Below the pieces are notes generated by a model, which had not been told where the DNA came from, did no database searches, and saw nothing but the letters and a program-made list of their open reading frames with translations. Of a stretch of DNA of 64,000 nt, positions 1-12,595 are shown one piece after another (the stretch's first letter is position 1; the number at the start of each line of letters is the position of its first letter). The position numbers were made by a program, and so were the translations under genes. Source of the DNA: Macrostomum lignano (Eukaryota); contig NIVC01003170.1 of the NCBI GenBank assembly GCA_002269645.1, positions 51,299 to 115,298 of the forward strand, read 5' to 3'.

Positions 1-1506
1 CTTCGCGCACCAGACCAGATGTCTCGGGGTCATACTTGACCACCGGCTCAACTGGTCCTTCCACGTGAAAGCAAAAGCCAAGCGTGCCTCAGCCATCCTG
101 GCCCAGCTCCGACGAGCACTTGGCACTTCTTGGGGTCTATCCCCAAAGCGGCTTTGGTGGATCTACACTTCCGTAGTAAGACCTGCCATTACGTACGCCT
201 CGGTTGTCTGGGTTAGCGCTACCCAGGTCAATAGCCATGCAGATTTGCTCAACACGATCCAAGGCAGAGCGTGTAGGCTTATCTGCAACGCCACCAGGTC
301 CACGCCCTTTGCCGGCATGGGGCCTTCCTTAATCTACCGCCTCTCGACCTCTTCGTCAGGGGTGAGGCGGCTAGAACGACGCGGTGTTTACTTGATGCCG
401 GTGTCAAATTCCTTTACATGAGGGCACCTGCTAAGCGGAACCTCGTCCCGCATAGCGACCTGTGCCTCAACATTCTCAACGAGTGTCAGGCCAATCGCGT
501 CTTCACCGATGGCATTGTCTCAACGCTCAACCTGAGACAACGCTACTCCGTAGCTATCGACTCGCGCGATACCATCAATGACCACTGAAACCCTGGTGAG
601 CTTCACTGCTACACCGACGGTTCTAAGCAGTCAGCCAACACCGGTTTTGGTGTTGGAATCTTCCTGAACTGGAGGGTCCATTTTCCATTCGGACAGCCAA
701 GCTGCCTTGCACGCCATCAGTGGCTGTAGTACCAATTCTGCTACAGTCATCGACTGTATCAAACTCCTCAACATGTTGGGCTCCACCAACAAAATCACCC
801 GTAAGTGGGTTCCGGAGCATGTGGGGATCCGAGGGAATGAGTTGGCTGACGCCCTTGCAAAATTTGGCGCCTCCGGCTCCTCTCTCGGTCCCGAACCCCT
901 TGTCCCGATTCCTGGCTATGTCATCGACTCGCGCATCAAAGCGTGGATCAGGACCCAGCACCGCTCGACTTGGGCGAACTGCACTACCTGCAGGCAATCC
1001 AGAGGCGCTGTCCCTCGTCCCTCTCACCAGCTCCGGAAGCTCCTCTTGCGCCTCTCGCGCAGAGACATCCGGGCTGCCACCATGACCCTCTCAGGTCACG
1101 GCTGCTTCTCTAGGCACCAGTACCTGCAGGACTACGCCACCAACGCCATCTGCAGTTTCTGTAACTCAGGTGACGAAACCGCTGAACATTTCGTCAGCAT
1201 CTGTCCCGCCTTTACGCGAGCCAGACTCACTTACCTCGGGCCACACACATATATTACTGAAGCGTGCAAACCCGAAAACTTTAATCAGCTCATGCGCTAC
1301 CTCCGGGCCACCCACAGGGCTGAACTCTCCTTTCCAGAGAACACTATAGCTGCTGGCGACACTGGGGGACCTCCCTGGGCGGCGCCAACCCTTCGTCCAT
1401 AGCTCGTAGCGACGCGTCGGCCGTTCAGGGATTAGCGGAATGGGCGCTCGCGCCTTCCCGCTGTGTCCCCCCGGGACAGCCCTGCAGCTAGCCTAACCTA
1501 ACCTAA
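1..1506 (+). mobile_element. 3' part of a degenerate non-LTR retrotransposon (RT C-terminus + RNase H, LOA/R1-like), (CCTAA)n tail
   Basis: Fragments LRRALGTSWGLSPKRLWWIYTSVVRPAITYAS, CYTDGS, WVPEHVGIRGNELADALAK (RNase H) and CSFCNSGDETAEHFVSIC (C-terminal Zn finger) lie in different frames. Tail CCTAACCTAACCTAA at 1492-1506. Confidence 0.9.
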
Positions 1507-1751
1507 TGCTGAGTTTGTCCTTGGCCAGTGAGAAAGTTCTCAGGTAGCTCAGAGGTAGCATCAGAGTTCATATGTGACTACAAAGGTCAACTAGAACATA
1601 ATTGTTAACATTAGGCCGCGCCAGCCTAACTGGCAGGTGTGCAACCAACAGCTCAGCTGCAGCTATCGCGGGGGGCTTCATATTACCGGAATTTCACAAC
1701 GCCGAAAATTATGCATGGTCCTGGTTATATAAGTTTTCTACGATGTGAAAT

Positions 1752-2012
1752 TTTGGCCTTCTGAAGATTCGGTGTTATGAAGGACCATGCAGTAGTTTTC
1801 GGCCTTGTGAAGATTCGGTGTTATGAAGGACCATGCAGTAATTTTTGACCTTGTGAAGATTCGGTGTTATGAAGGACCATGCAGTAATTTTCGACCTTGT
1901 GAAGATTCGGTGTTATGAAGGACCATGCAGTAGTTTTCGACCTTGTGAAGATTCGGTGTTATGAAGGACCATGCAGTAGTTTTCGGCCTTGTGAAGATTC
2001 GGTGTTATGAAA
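1752..2012. repeat. Tandem repeat, about 47-bp unit, 5-6 copies
   Basis: Unit ccttgtgaagattcggtgttatgaaggaccatgcagtagttttcg(g/a). Confidence 0.95.
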
Positions 2013-2042
2013 GCGACGCCTTATTTACTGCGAGGCGCATCT

Positions 2043-2259
2043 GAAGGCTGCGTACGGCTGTTCAGTCCAAGGACTGGGGGGGGGGGTCGTCACACACACC
2101 GTCAATTATCTCAGCTAATGCTGGTACCCATTTACAGCTGGGTGAACTGAAGCAATGCAGAGTTAAGCGTCTTGCTCAAGGACGCAAATTGTTCCGATTG
2201 TGTCAAGAATCGAACCCCCGACCTTTCAGTCGTGAGTCCGACGCTGTAACCGAAGCTGG
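2043..2259 (-). mobile_element. tRNA-derived SINE, copy 1
   Basis: Minus strand: A-box-like gcttcggttacagcg, B-box ggttcgattc, then gtccttgagcaagacgcttaac and cacccagctgtaaatgggtacc (conserved central SINE-domain-like motifs). A diverged second copy lies at 50887-51072. Confidence 0.75.
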
Positions 2260-2892
2260 AATTATAAAAAGCTCCAAAACTACAAGATAAAGCAGGTTTG
2301 GAAGCTTGCTTGCTTCTTCAGTGTCAGAATCAAGCGAATGCGTCCTGGATGACCTCGCGTCACCTCTTGGTTACAGAACGCGATTCGGGTTGATTAGAAA
2401 TTCAGAAGAGCAGGAAGAAAACTCGGTGCGTTCACTTTTCCATGTTAAGTTGTAATGTACATTGCTAACTATGACATATTGCCCTAAGTATTTGGAGCTC
2501 CGACAATCCTGGCTGAGTTGATCTGAACGCGTGTGAGAGGAAAAGACACACACGCACACACACCGAGAGAGAGAGAGAGAGAGAGACAGAGGCGGGACCC
2601 GAAAGCAGCTGGTGTCAATAACGATCACTGAATTTATGACAGCCAACCCATTACTGTGCGCGAGACGTGCGGAAGGTTGCGCCAGCTCTGATCCGACCCA
2701 ACCCCCATGTAGCCCCCCCCGAACCAATGCAGAGTAATTATAAAGCAGCTTAGCAAACATGCAGGTCTCTGCAACAATCTGCTGCAGAATAAGGTGCTTG
2801 TTTACTTGCTGGAAAGGACACTCAGACAGTCTGCTGTCGAAGCGATTCGTTGCGTAAATCTCTCCTTTGTCCAGGTGAACCCGTTCATTACA

Positions 2893-4524
2893 ATGGCCGA
2901 CCAGTTGCACTCCGATTCCGATTCAACAGGTGAGCTAAGTAGGCATTTAAAAATAGGATTCATTTCTCTATTTCTATAATTTAGGCAACCGTTTCCAGGA
3001 AAATGTTACCTTGGAAGAGTAAAATTATATCGGGGAAAGATGAGCTCGATAGAGGATGCACTCGAGGCAGATAAACGCATGCCCCTCGCGTTACATGCGT
3101 TCGATTAAGGTTGCCAGAGGACAGGTAGACAAGCAGGTAGGTCGGGGGAGGCACACAGGTAGGCAGGTGACTGTTAGCTACTATGCAGAAGTTAGTACAC
3201 AGGGTGTGTTCCATTATCTCTATGCACATTGACTGCTCCGGTTTCTACCAAAAACCTGTTTTATTTTATTACTAATTTCCATTATTGCTCCACCAGCCCA
3301 GAACGGCAACGCCAAGAAGCAGCAGGACGCCACATCGATAGTGGAGAGGCGCCAACGAGATCATCTGCTCGGGGAGATGTCGAGTGCCTACAAGAGCGTC
3401 ATCAGCATGGTTGGAGAGAACCCGGAGCGGCAGGGACTGAAGAAGACTCCGGAGCGAGCGGCCAAGGCAATGCTGTTCTTCACTAAAGGTGAGAGGCTGC
3501 GATTCAAAATGCGCATATCTAGTTGGGACACGTAGAGGTCACAATTGGACCACTAGAAGTTACCGTTGTACATGGTATTAGCCCGAAATCATATTTTTAA
3601 CAGAATTGAAATATTCTGCTCTTCAGGCTACGACGAGACAATCGACGACGTTCTTAACGAAGCTATCTTCGACGAGGACCACGACGAAATGGTAGTAGTG
3701 AAGGACATCGAGATGTTCTCAATCTGCGAGCACCACATGGTGCCGTTCATTGGCAAAGTCTCCATTGGCTACTTGCCGAATAAGCGGGTTCTGGGGATCA
3801 GCAAGCTCGCCAGGATTGTGGAGATCTACAGCCGGAGAATGCAGGTGCGCATCTGTGGACTTTTTGTAGGTGTGGTAGCTATAGGCACCGCTGGGATCGG
3901 GACTGATATGGGATCGGGACTGATATGTGATCGGGACTGATATGGGATCGGGACTGATATGGGATCGGGACTGATATGGGATCGGGACTGATATGGGATC
4001 GGGACTGATATGGGATCGGGACTGATATGGGATCGGGACTGATATGGGATCGGGACTGATATGGGATCGGGACTGATATGGGATCGGGACTGATATGGGA
4101 TCGGGACTGATATGGGATCGGGACTGATATGGGATCGGGACTGATATGGGATCGGGACTGATATGGGATCGGGACTGATATGGGATCGGGACTGATATGG
4201 GATCGGGACTGATATGGGATCGGGACTGATATGGGATCGGGACTGATGGCAGGGACTGATGGCATTGTGAAGCCAATCAAGCCGATCCCAAACTACAATG
4301 TAATGCAACAGGTCCAGGAGCGCCTGACAAAGCAAATAGCGATGGCCATCACGAAGGCTGTGCAGCCAAACGGGGTTGGAGTGGTGGTGGAGGCCACGCA
4401 CATGTGCATGGTGATGCGAGGAGTGCAGAAGATCAACGCCGTCACCGTCACTTCCACCATGCTGGGCTGCCTTCGCGACGATCCAAAGAGTCGAGAAGAA
4501 TTTCTCAGCCTGATTAAGAAATAA
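2893..4524 (+). CDS. GCH1: GTP cyclohydrolase I, 4 coding exons
   Basis: Exons 2893-2929, 3297-3488, 3627-3844, 4312-4524 join in frame via GT-AG introns. Motifs [61 protein letters not shown] further upstream exon is possible (acceptor near 2874). Confidence 0.95.
3893..4257. repeat. Intronic minisatellite, 17-bp unit (gggatcgggactgatat), about 21 copies
   Basis: Fills most of GCH1 intron 3. Confidence 0.97.
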
Positions 4525-6151
4525 ATTCAATCGCTAACTGTACTTAGTGTGTGAACTAAATATAGTGTGAACTATATTTGTTTTTCATTGCTGTGGAAAA
4601 TATATTAACTGTTTATGGTTTTGGATTCATCAAATTTTAATCGTATTCATGTACTCTGGTGCTCTTTTTGATGCGATGGATTAAACTACTTGACCCAAAC
4701 TAAAAGGTTGCCTGAAAAATGTGTTGCAGACATCTTATTTATAAACTTTTTCTATGTTGTATATCTAATTATAAATGCATCAATCAATTATATCTGATAC
4801 ATATGCATCAGGTGGACGTAAGTTATATAGTTTGTACTCATCATTTGGCAAAGATTCCTTCAAAATTTAATGATAGATTTCCTCTCCTGCTATGTTCAAA
4901 TTTCTAATTCATATGCGGTTGTTTATTAAACCAGAAAATAGGAACAAAATATAACGAGAGATGATTCGTCTTATTATAGACATTTTTTGCTCAGAACAAC
5001 TGATTAACAACCAAACCTCTCAGGCAAGTCTTGCAAATAACAGGGCTGAAATTAAAGAGAGTAAAATTATTCGAGCTTTTATACAATTTTACTTTTTCAG
5101 CACCAAGGCGGACAAACAGGTATTTCGAAATTTAAGCTTCGCGAAGTTGTGCAAAGAACATACGGTAAAATACGTGTACTGATTGAGTTTTTATGGAAAC
5201 AACTGAAAAGTTAAAACAAAATTTCGAGAAACAATATAAAATAAATAAATTATCGCCATAAACTACGCTTTCTTGCTTTAATAATAACTTCAGTAACACT
5301 TTATAGCCTGGAAAACTTTTAACACTTACAGATTTTAGCGTTTGTAGTAGTTTAACTTTGAATGTACTAACTAATTTTTAAATCAAGTTGATGAGAGGAA
5401 AAAAAACTTACCATGCAAGGTCACTAAAATTTAAGTTGTAGAGAGCTTCATAATCTCACGAATAGTTATGCAGAGTTTAATTGCGCCATCGCTTTAAAAT
5501 TAGCAGTAGTAAACCAATAAATATTAAGGAATAATGATCTGCTGCGCAAAAATGAATACGAGCTCAACTTCAACGTCATCAGTTCAATCTAGTTCTATCG
5601 TCGAGGTCGACAAAAATTGTAAACTAAGTGTAAGTTAAATTAGATTTTTCAAATTAGAATAGTGAAAATAATGCTTGGTAAGCAGCAATGCTTTTTAATA
5701 CAGTGATGTTATTAACACTTAGAAAGACATTAAGAATAAGATGCGCAAATTTAAACATACGAGCGTAATTGACTTAAATTTTCTTTGTGTTGAATATTTC
5801 AAACTTCTCATTCAAGGATTACAGAAATAAGAATTTTATGTACCCATACAAACTATTTAATGATACTTCTTTATATAATCTATATAAAAAATCAGGACTT
5901 TCAGAAATACAGTTAATTGAAAATCAAGCAGACATAATACAAATAATAAAGTGATTTTAAATGTGTTTCTAATAATTTTATTAGCTTTAATTTGTCTTTT
6001 CGAAATCACAAGCAATTAGTGCCAAATAAAAAGCTCACTAAATTAAAAAAGATTGAAATCCCTATTTAAATATTGTTTAAGTACAGTACAAAAATTTCTG
6101 AAAGCATCTGTCTATTCAATCTGATGCAACACTGGTGCCCAAACTCGACAG

Positions 6152-7349
6152 GCATCGATCGCTGCGTACAAGAAAGCTGTGGAAGCAGAGACGGAGCAGA
6201 AATTTGTCGCGGCTTTTTGGCTCTATCGCCAAGCAGCCCAACAGATGTCAGAAGCGCTGGCAGAACGTCCAGAACTGAAGCATTTTGTCACCGATGGCGG
6301 TTCAGCGGCTGCTGAACTGCTGAGGATCAGCACCAGTAGGGCTTTGGAGCTGCACCGTGAACTCAAAATTGAAGGTTATTTTTTGCCTTTATGCATCCGC
6401 TTTATTGTTCAAAACACGTCACAGGGCGTGCGTCATGAGCCATCCTAAAGAAGAAAGATCGTGCATAACTGCAGTAGATCGAAGGACCCCACACACTCGG
6501 TTTTCTTAGAAATGAGCTGGAGGCCGGTAAGGATATAGCAAGCTCCGGAGAACGCATAGCTCTGAATGGGATTCTACCATAGACAGAATCGATCGATAAA
6601 ACGATAAATACCGATTTCTCCAGAGCATATGCTAGAAGATCGAATAATAGCGTCCTTTGTACTCCAGTTGTTCATGGGGCAGATAGCTGTGGATATTTCA
6701 GTGGATCATCGAAGTAGTAAAGTTCAGCCAAGCCAAGGTTCAGACCGCCACTATTTTCCTTTTTGTAGTACCAGCGTCTCCCGAAGTGCTGGCTGCTCGA
6801 GCTGCTGTCGAGCGTCTTCTTTTGCAAAGTTTCACGCCCCTGCCACCATCGCCAACGCTACAACTCACGGATTTTTCGACGCAGGCCTCAGCAACCAGCA
6901 GTCGCCTTGCCGACACAGCTGGTTGGGTCTCCGCACTGATTGTCGGGCCAACGGCCGCCACCGATCTGGTGATTGCCGCCGCGATGGCGGACTGTCCAGA
7001 CGGTGTGGCTGAAACAGCAGATATTTCGGCCGCGATTTCAATCGCCACAGTTGAGTCCGAGCGCTGCTCGAGAATGGGTCGACTTCTCATGTCCGAGCTG
7101 ATGCAGAGACCGGGTCTTTTGTGCCTGCGCCAGCTGGACTGCCTGTTCAACAGCGACAGCGTCATCTCCTCCGAGCTGCGTACGGAGCTTCTGGTTCGAG
7201 TCCACGCCTTGCGGAGCGCCGCTGGCGCCAGCGGAAGGAGCAGCGGCGTCCGAGTTTCTCGGTCCCGAATTCTGGCCACCGCTGCCAGCGCCGACGCCAT
7301 TCCGAGCAGCGCCAGGCGAAGACTGTTCGACCTTCAGCTGTCCTGCTGA
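6152..7349 (+). CDS. MIT-like domain + degenerate AAA domain (VPS4/spastin/katanin-like); 5' end and middle exons unresolved
   Basis: Exon about 6152-6374 (AAYKKAVEAETEQKFVAAFWLYRQAAQQMSEAL) is MIT-like. Exon 6769-7349 aligns by eye to the VPS4-type AAA domain: GWVSALIVGPTAAT, VESER, RPGLLCLRQLDCL, ELRTELLVRV, ILATA...SARRRLF. Confidence 0.55.
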
Positions 7350-8063
7350 CAGATTCCCACTCACTGTCTTTCAAAAGTGCTTTCAATTCCTGTCTTTTTT
7401 CACGCATCTTATATAACCATGTCATATGTAAATAGTACATGTTTACTCTGTCGGGTTTCAAGAAATTCTCAAAGAAATATACCGGGATTTCTGGCGAATC
7501 GCAATGTAGGCGATGATGACTGCTTCAGTGGATGGCTGCTGTAACTAACTGCTGCATATAGCAGATCCTTATAAAACATAGAGCTTCGTTGCTCTGCTTT
7601 TGTTGACATAAAGCGACCGTTCTTTGGTACGAGCCTACATGTACATCTTACAGTCTGACAAGCAGCCATTTGACAAAACTCTCATTTACATTGTGTCCAG
7701 TGTACAGCCCAATTAGTTATAGCTATACATTGTACACTAGATCTGCAGGTACATGTTACTCGTATCTGCATCTACAATCGCATAAGCGAGCTAAGCAGAA
7801 TCCTAAAAATACGATCTTAAGTGCCCAGCTTAGCTCGCGAATTCATGATGCAATGATACGAGTAATTTCAAAGTTCAGATCAGCGTTGATAAGCAACCAG
7901 CCTCGTGCAACTGTGATGCATTCAGAAAAGAAGGAAGAAATTAAAATAGCTGTGTCATGATGTGTATCGCATCGTCTACATGCAGTTGTTTTTCACTCGT
8001 GAATAAGTTGTTTGTTCATTTGTCATTTCACCACAAATCCTCACGTTGAGACAAACTTCATCA

Positions 8064-8999
8064 TCAGCCAGCAGTGATCAGCATGTGGTCGGCCAGTACG
8101 GCCTGATCATTCCAGACTCCGGCACTCGGGTTGTACACGATTCTGGGTAGTCCGGTGCCGTTGCCGCCCAGGTTGGCCCAGGCGCAGATTTCGATCTTCT
8201 CCACCACGGCCAGGACGCCAGAGTCGTCGTTGCAAGTTGAAAAAGCGGTGTTGATGAAGAATGTGCGATTGTGGTAGCTACCGGAGCCCACGCTGGAGGA
8301 GCCGATGATGGAGAAGAAATTGTACGACCTGCCGGGTAGGCTCATTTCCGGCTCGCTGCCGACCAGTCGCGACGGGTCGAACCAATTCATGAAGTTGAGT
8401 TCGGCAAAGCTCGCATCGAACGCGATCTTGAGCACAGTTTTGCCAGCTGTGACCAGCTCGATGGACAGAGTCTTTGCTGTTATAAGTTTCACGAGATCCG
8501 ACAGTCGGTCGAGCCAGCAGGACCGCCAGAAGGTCGCGGGAGGCGGCCCAACGTCCGGTGACATGAGCAGAGTCTCGTTGCACCCGTCCGGCTTCAGGTA
8601 CGAGTCCAGCACTTTCACCTGGCTGCCGGAGCTCACGGCGAACAGCACGATTCGCGGCTGAGCCTTGGACACCGGCAGCAGCACCGTCTGCTGGTCGGAC
8701 TCGTTCGCCCGAACCTGGTCGCACCAGCTCAAGACGTCGCAGACTCCGGCCTGGTCGGTGGTCGCGTACCGGACGAAACCGGGCTCAGCCGCCTGTTGCT
8801 TGAGCAGCAGCCAGTTGCTCAGACAGTCCAGAAGGCTCCTTACCGGCTCCTTGAGCATCGATCGGCAGCCGGTGAGAGCTCCGGGCAGTGCCAGCTGCTT
8901 GAAAGTCTCCGAGTCCTGACTTGTTGGGTCTTCGCTGCAGACAGACGAGGCTGAAAACGCCAGCAGCATGAGGAGGCTGGTGAAACTCTGAGAATGCAT
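8064..8999 (-). CDS. Intronless secreted protein, 311 aa; PAN-like N-terminus + uncharacterised invertebrate domain
   Basis: Signal peptide MHSQSFTSLLMLLAFSASSVCS. C-terminal pattern NWFDPSRL...NFFSIIG...RTFFIN...C.DD.G.LAV...C.W...Y...W...ADHMLI. Confidence 0.7.
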   Translation of the reverse strand: MHSQSFTSLLMLLAFSASSVCSEDPTSQDSETFKQLALPGALTGCRSMLKEPVRSLLDCLSNWLLLKQQAAEPGFVRYATTDQAGVCDVLSWCDQVRANESDQQTVLLPVSKAQPRIVLFAVSSGSQVKVLDSYLKPDGCNETLLMSPDVGPPPATFWRSCWLDRLSDLVKLITAKTLSIELVTAGKTVLKIAFDASFAELNFMNWFDPSRLVGSEPEMSLPGRSYNFFSIIGSSSVGSGSYHNRTFFINTAFSTCNDDSGVLAVVEKIEICAWANLGGNGTGLPRIVYNPSAGVWNDQAVLADHMLITAG

Positions 9000-9767
9000 T
9001 CGCTAGAGCTTCCAACTTAAAACGTGCTGTTGTTAATCTTTTTCAGGAAGGAGCAAAGCATGCACTCAGGGAAAAAGAAAAGGGAGGATTCTCCAGTTTC
9101 GTATTTATACAGAATTTTATACAAAAGAAAGGAGACATCATAGCATGCATTAGGCTTTGCTCCGATATCCTTTGGTTTGATTGACGTGCTTAAGCAGAGC
9201 GATTTGCATAAGAAGTAGCTGGCTGCTTTGTTGAATACGCATGAATAAAGTTTCTTTTTTGATAACGTGAGCCATTTCGATCTGTCAATAAAGTCTGTCA
9301 ATAGTCTCACAGAAAACGCTGAATTTTGTTTTGAAGAGACTGAGCACCCATTTCTTCATGCAATATTTCGATTGCATTTATCCTTTCTTTAGCCACGTCC
9401 GGTCTGCAAAAGGATAAAACACTGAACTACCAGCATATGGTTTCTTTGTCAAGTGCTTCACGTCTTTCCCTGGTATACTTTTAAAGCGTAGTCCAAACGG
9501 ATAAAAAGATTCGCATGAGTCGCAGAATTTTCTTTACTCAGACCGTTTCAACTTATGCAAAGGCCTATTCTGCAGAGACTCAACGCATGAAAAGTCATCA
9601 GAAGTCTTTATTTGAACTTTTAACAAAGTAACCAAATGGAAAAAAAATTGAATTAGCAACAAAACGGCACGAGCTATTAGCCAACAGGACTCATACGATG
9701 GACAAACATGTCAGTAAAGTTTCGTCATTGTGCGCCGTCTTCCATAGCGAACTGGCAGAAACTCTTC

Positions 9768-10904
9768 TCAGGCCAGCCGCAGCATCAACCGGATGCTCTT
9801 CAGCGCGTTCGCTCTGTCTGTCGTGGCACCCCACCAGATCATTGAGCTTGCATCCTTTATGGCAGAGAAACGGTAAATTCCGTTTGGATTCGTCTTTAAA
9901 CAGTGTTTATACCACCAGCCGCCGTAGCCATAGACTGCGGAACAGTGACGCATGCTGTCAACGTCATTGTCCCTGTCGAAGGTGGAGAACTGCATTCCCC
10001 GGTGATAAGTGAGCGAGTCTTCGCTCATATTAGAATTGCCAACCAGGTACGAGTCTAAGGTCATCTTGTAGTTGGCGCTGGCATCGCCCACGGTGAAGCC
10101 GGAGTACTCGCAGACAAACAGGGCATCCGACCACGCGACGGCCTCGATTCTCAGAAGCCGCGGATGATTTCCACTCAATTCGTGGATTTTTCTCAGACCT
10201 GAAAGGCAATAAATTTTAGAGAAAACTGAACCTGTTACTGGGAGTTCGGACTCTCAGGAAGACTGAAAATCATGATTCACTCGCCAATCCAGAAGTCAGA
10301 GCTGTCTCCGAAGCCGTTCTCGTACTCCGACCAGTTCCTGGCAAAGCTCACGCTGCCGTTGATTCGCTGCTGAATCAGGTAGAAATGTCTTCCCTCGACG
10401 ATGTCTGGAATTGGAAGGTTGGTAAAACTTCATAGGTGTGAATTCTGATTCGTTTAAACGAGGTAATATTAGTTTTTAATAGCTCAGTAAATCGTCAATT
10501 TTGTGCCACTTACAAGGCTCAAAGGCTGACTCGTCAGCTGGTCGGCGGAACACCTGGCCGCTGCCACCAGCAGCCCCGAAGTCGGCATTCCACAGGGCAG
10601 ACAGCAGGCAGAGACCCGATTCCGGTACGAATGTCACAGCCGAGCAGACAAGGCTGCCCAGCCACTCGCATTTCATCGCGCAGTCTCGCTCGTTCCGACC
10701 CGACAGAGCTCTATAGATTGAGCTGACTGTCGAGTTCAGAGGCTGACTGGAGAACTCTGCAAGAAGCGAGAGCATTTTCGCAAATAATCAGGGTTGCAGA
10801 TTGCCAGAGTCAATTACTGAGCAATTATTCATCTTACCGGCGGCAGTACAAACGGAGACTAGCAGAGCCAGATTCACAGTTGCCAACAAGCAGCAGCTCC
10901 ACAT
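9768..10904 (-). CDS. Secreted PAN/apple + fibrinogen-related domain (FReD) protein, paralogue 1
   Basis: Exons 10904-10838 (signal peptide), 10756-10514 (ERDCAMKC...CSAVTF...CLL), 10404-10285 (QQRINGSVSFARNWSEYENGFG...FWIG), 10198-9768 (FSTFDRDND, GGWWYKHC, NPNGIY). In frame; intron 3 is GC-AG. Confidence 0.9.
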
Positions 10905-11589
10905 GCAGCTTCAGTTTTGGCTCCTTTACGTAATTTTTATTGCTGCTTTGACGTGTCAATACCGTTCTAGTTTGAGCTTCGGGCTTATATATGCTGAAAA
11001 AGTCATCTTAAATTGCATGGCATCCAAATTAACCAGACGGAGGGTAAACATCGTCAGGTTGTTTAATGGAAGCGTAATGGGATGATGGAGCTGAAGAGGA
11101 TGCTTCTTAGACCACTTCAGTGAAACTTTGGAGGTGTTAATCTTGCTGTGTGGTCAGAATTGAATTACAGCTTATGACAGATGGACTGTTTACTCCATTT
11201 AACTTCGATCCCTAGGGTGTCTACAGGTAATTCAATGATAATGGTTCATAATTGTTCTTCAGCTCATTCAGAGTGTCAATTTCTGTGCATCGTTGAGCAA
11301 ATTTGAGAATTTTAACCTCCATTAAGTTCCTATTACTTACATATATTACTACATATTACTACATATTACTACATATATAAGACCAAAACTCCCTGGGCAA
11401 TTAGTGATTCACAGAGTGATTGTAGTAAGCACTCCTTATTTATATTATACTTATTAACATTTTGACTGCTTTTAGTCTCTTCATCCCTTTCCAACAAGTT
11501 ACGAAATATGCAGAAACTTGTTTTAGCTTAGAGTTTAGGAGCTGAGGAAATGCATGAGAAATTTTGCGACTGAATCCAGTAGAAAATTG

Positions 11590-11768
11590 TATACAGGTGC
11601 AGGTGTTATAGCTACATGTACACAGTTGATACAGATGCAGGTGTTAGCTACATGTACACAGGTAACACAGATGCAGGTGTTAGCTGCATGTACACAGGTA
11701 ACACAGATGCAGGCATGTACACAGATGCAGGCATGTACACAGATGCAGGTGTTAGCTACATGTATACA
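11590..11768. repeat. Degenerate tandem repeat (atgtacacag/atgcaggtgttagct units)
   Basis: Visible periodicity; explains the low-complexity ORFs here. Confidence 0.85.
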
Positions 11769-12228
11769 CTGCTTTCTCTCGTTCCAAACAATATTCCTGA
11801 CGATGCGATGACCTTGGTCTTCGAAACGCGTCATAACAACCTACATGTTGATTTTCGGCTTCCACAGTTAGGGAAATTTTGCTGACTCTACTCACACACA
11901 GGTTGCATAGCCACCAAAATGCCTTTCTCAACCCGTCAGGTCAAGTACGCGACTTGTGCCTTTTAGGATTAAACTTGATGGGCGTGAAACGCACGAGTCT
12001 TAGGTGAATCCTATATACTAAAAATGTGATGTTTATATATATATATATATGATAGATTAGAGAAAAAATGGCTTAACCGATTTTCATGAGACTTGCACTT
12101 GAGAAGTAGGTATTATGAAGTTCTGCAGCTGCATTTCCATCCACCTGAGACGCTCGTAGCGGACGATGCACCTCAGTGGTCTCACCAGGTCCTAGCCACT
12201 TATTGACAGATGAACAAAGCGAGACGAG

Positions 12229-12232
<4 letters not shown>

Positions 12233-12315
<83 letters not shown>
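12233..12315. repeat. (GA)n microsatellite
   Basis: Direct observation. Confidence 0.98.
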
Positions 12316-12317
<2 letters not shown>

Positions 12318-12595
12318 GAGAGAAGTTAGGAAAGAAGTAAAATGGCTGCCAAGGGCAGTCAAGTACTTATCAAGCCTGAACGCACCAACGATTCATGCAT
12401 TAACCAGTCATGCAAAAAATGTATTTCCGCCGATGACTCCATGCATTAAGCATTGTTTTCATGCATTCATGAGGCAGAGGAAAGAGGATGATTAGGCAAT
12501 AAAATTATTGTCAATTGTTTGCTTCAGACATAAAAGTCAGGTAGAATCGCAATTTTTGTCAGGTGAGGGACTGACGGCTCCGAACGCATATCGAT

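Noticed and set aside
3719-4530. Long minus-strand ORFs with repeating [17 protein letters not shown]
   Set aside because: Translations of the 17-bp intronic array antisense to GCH1.
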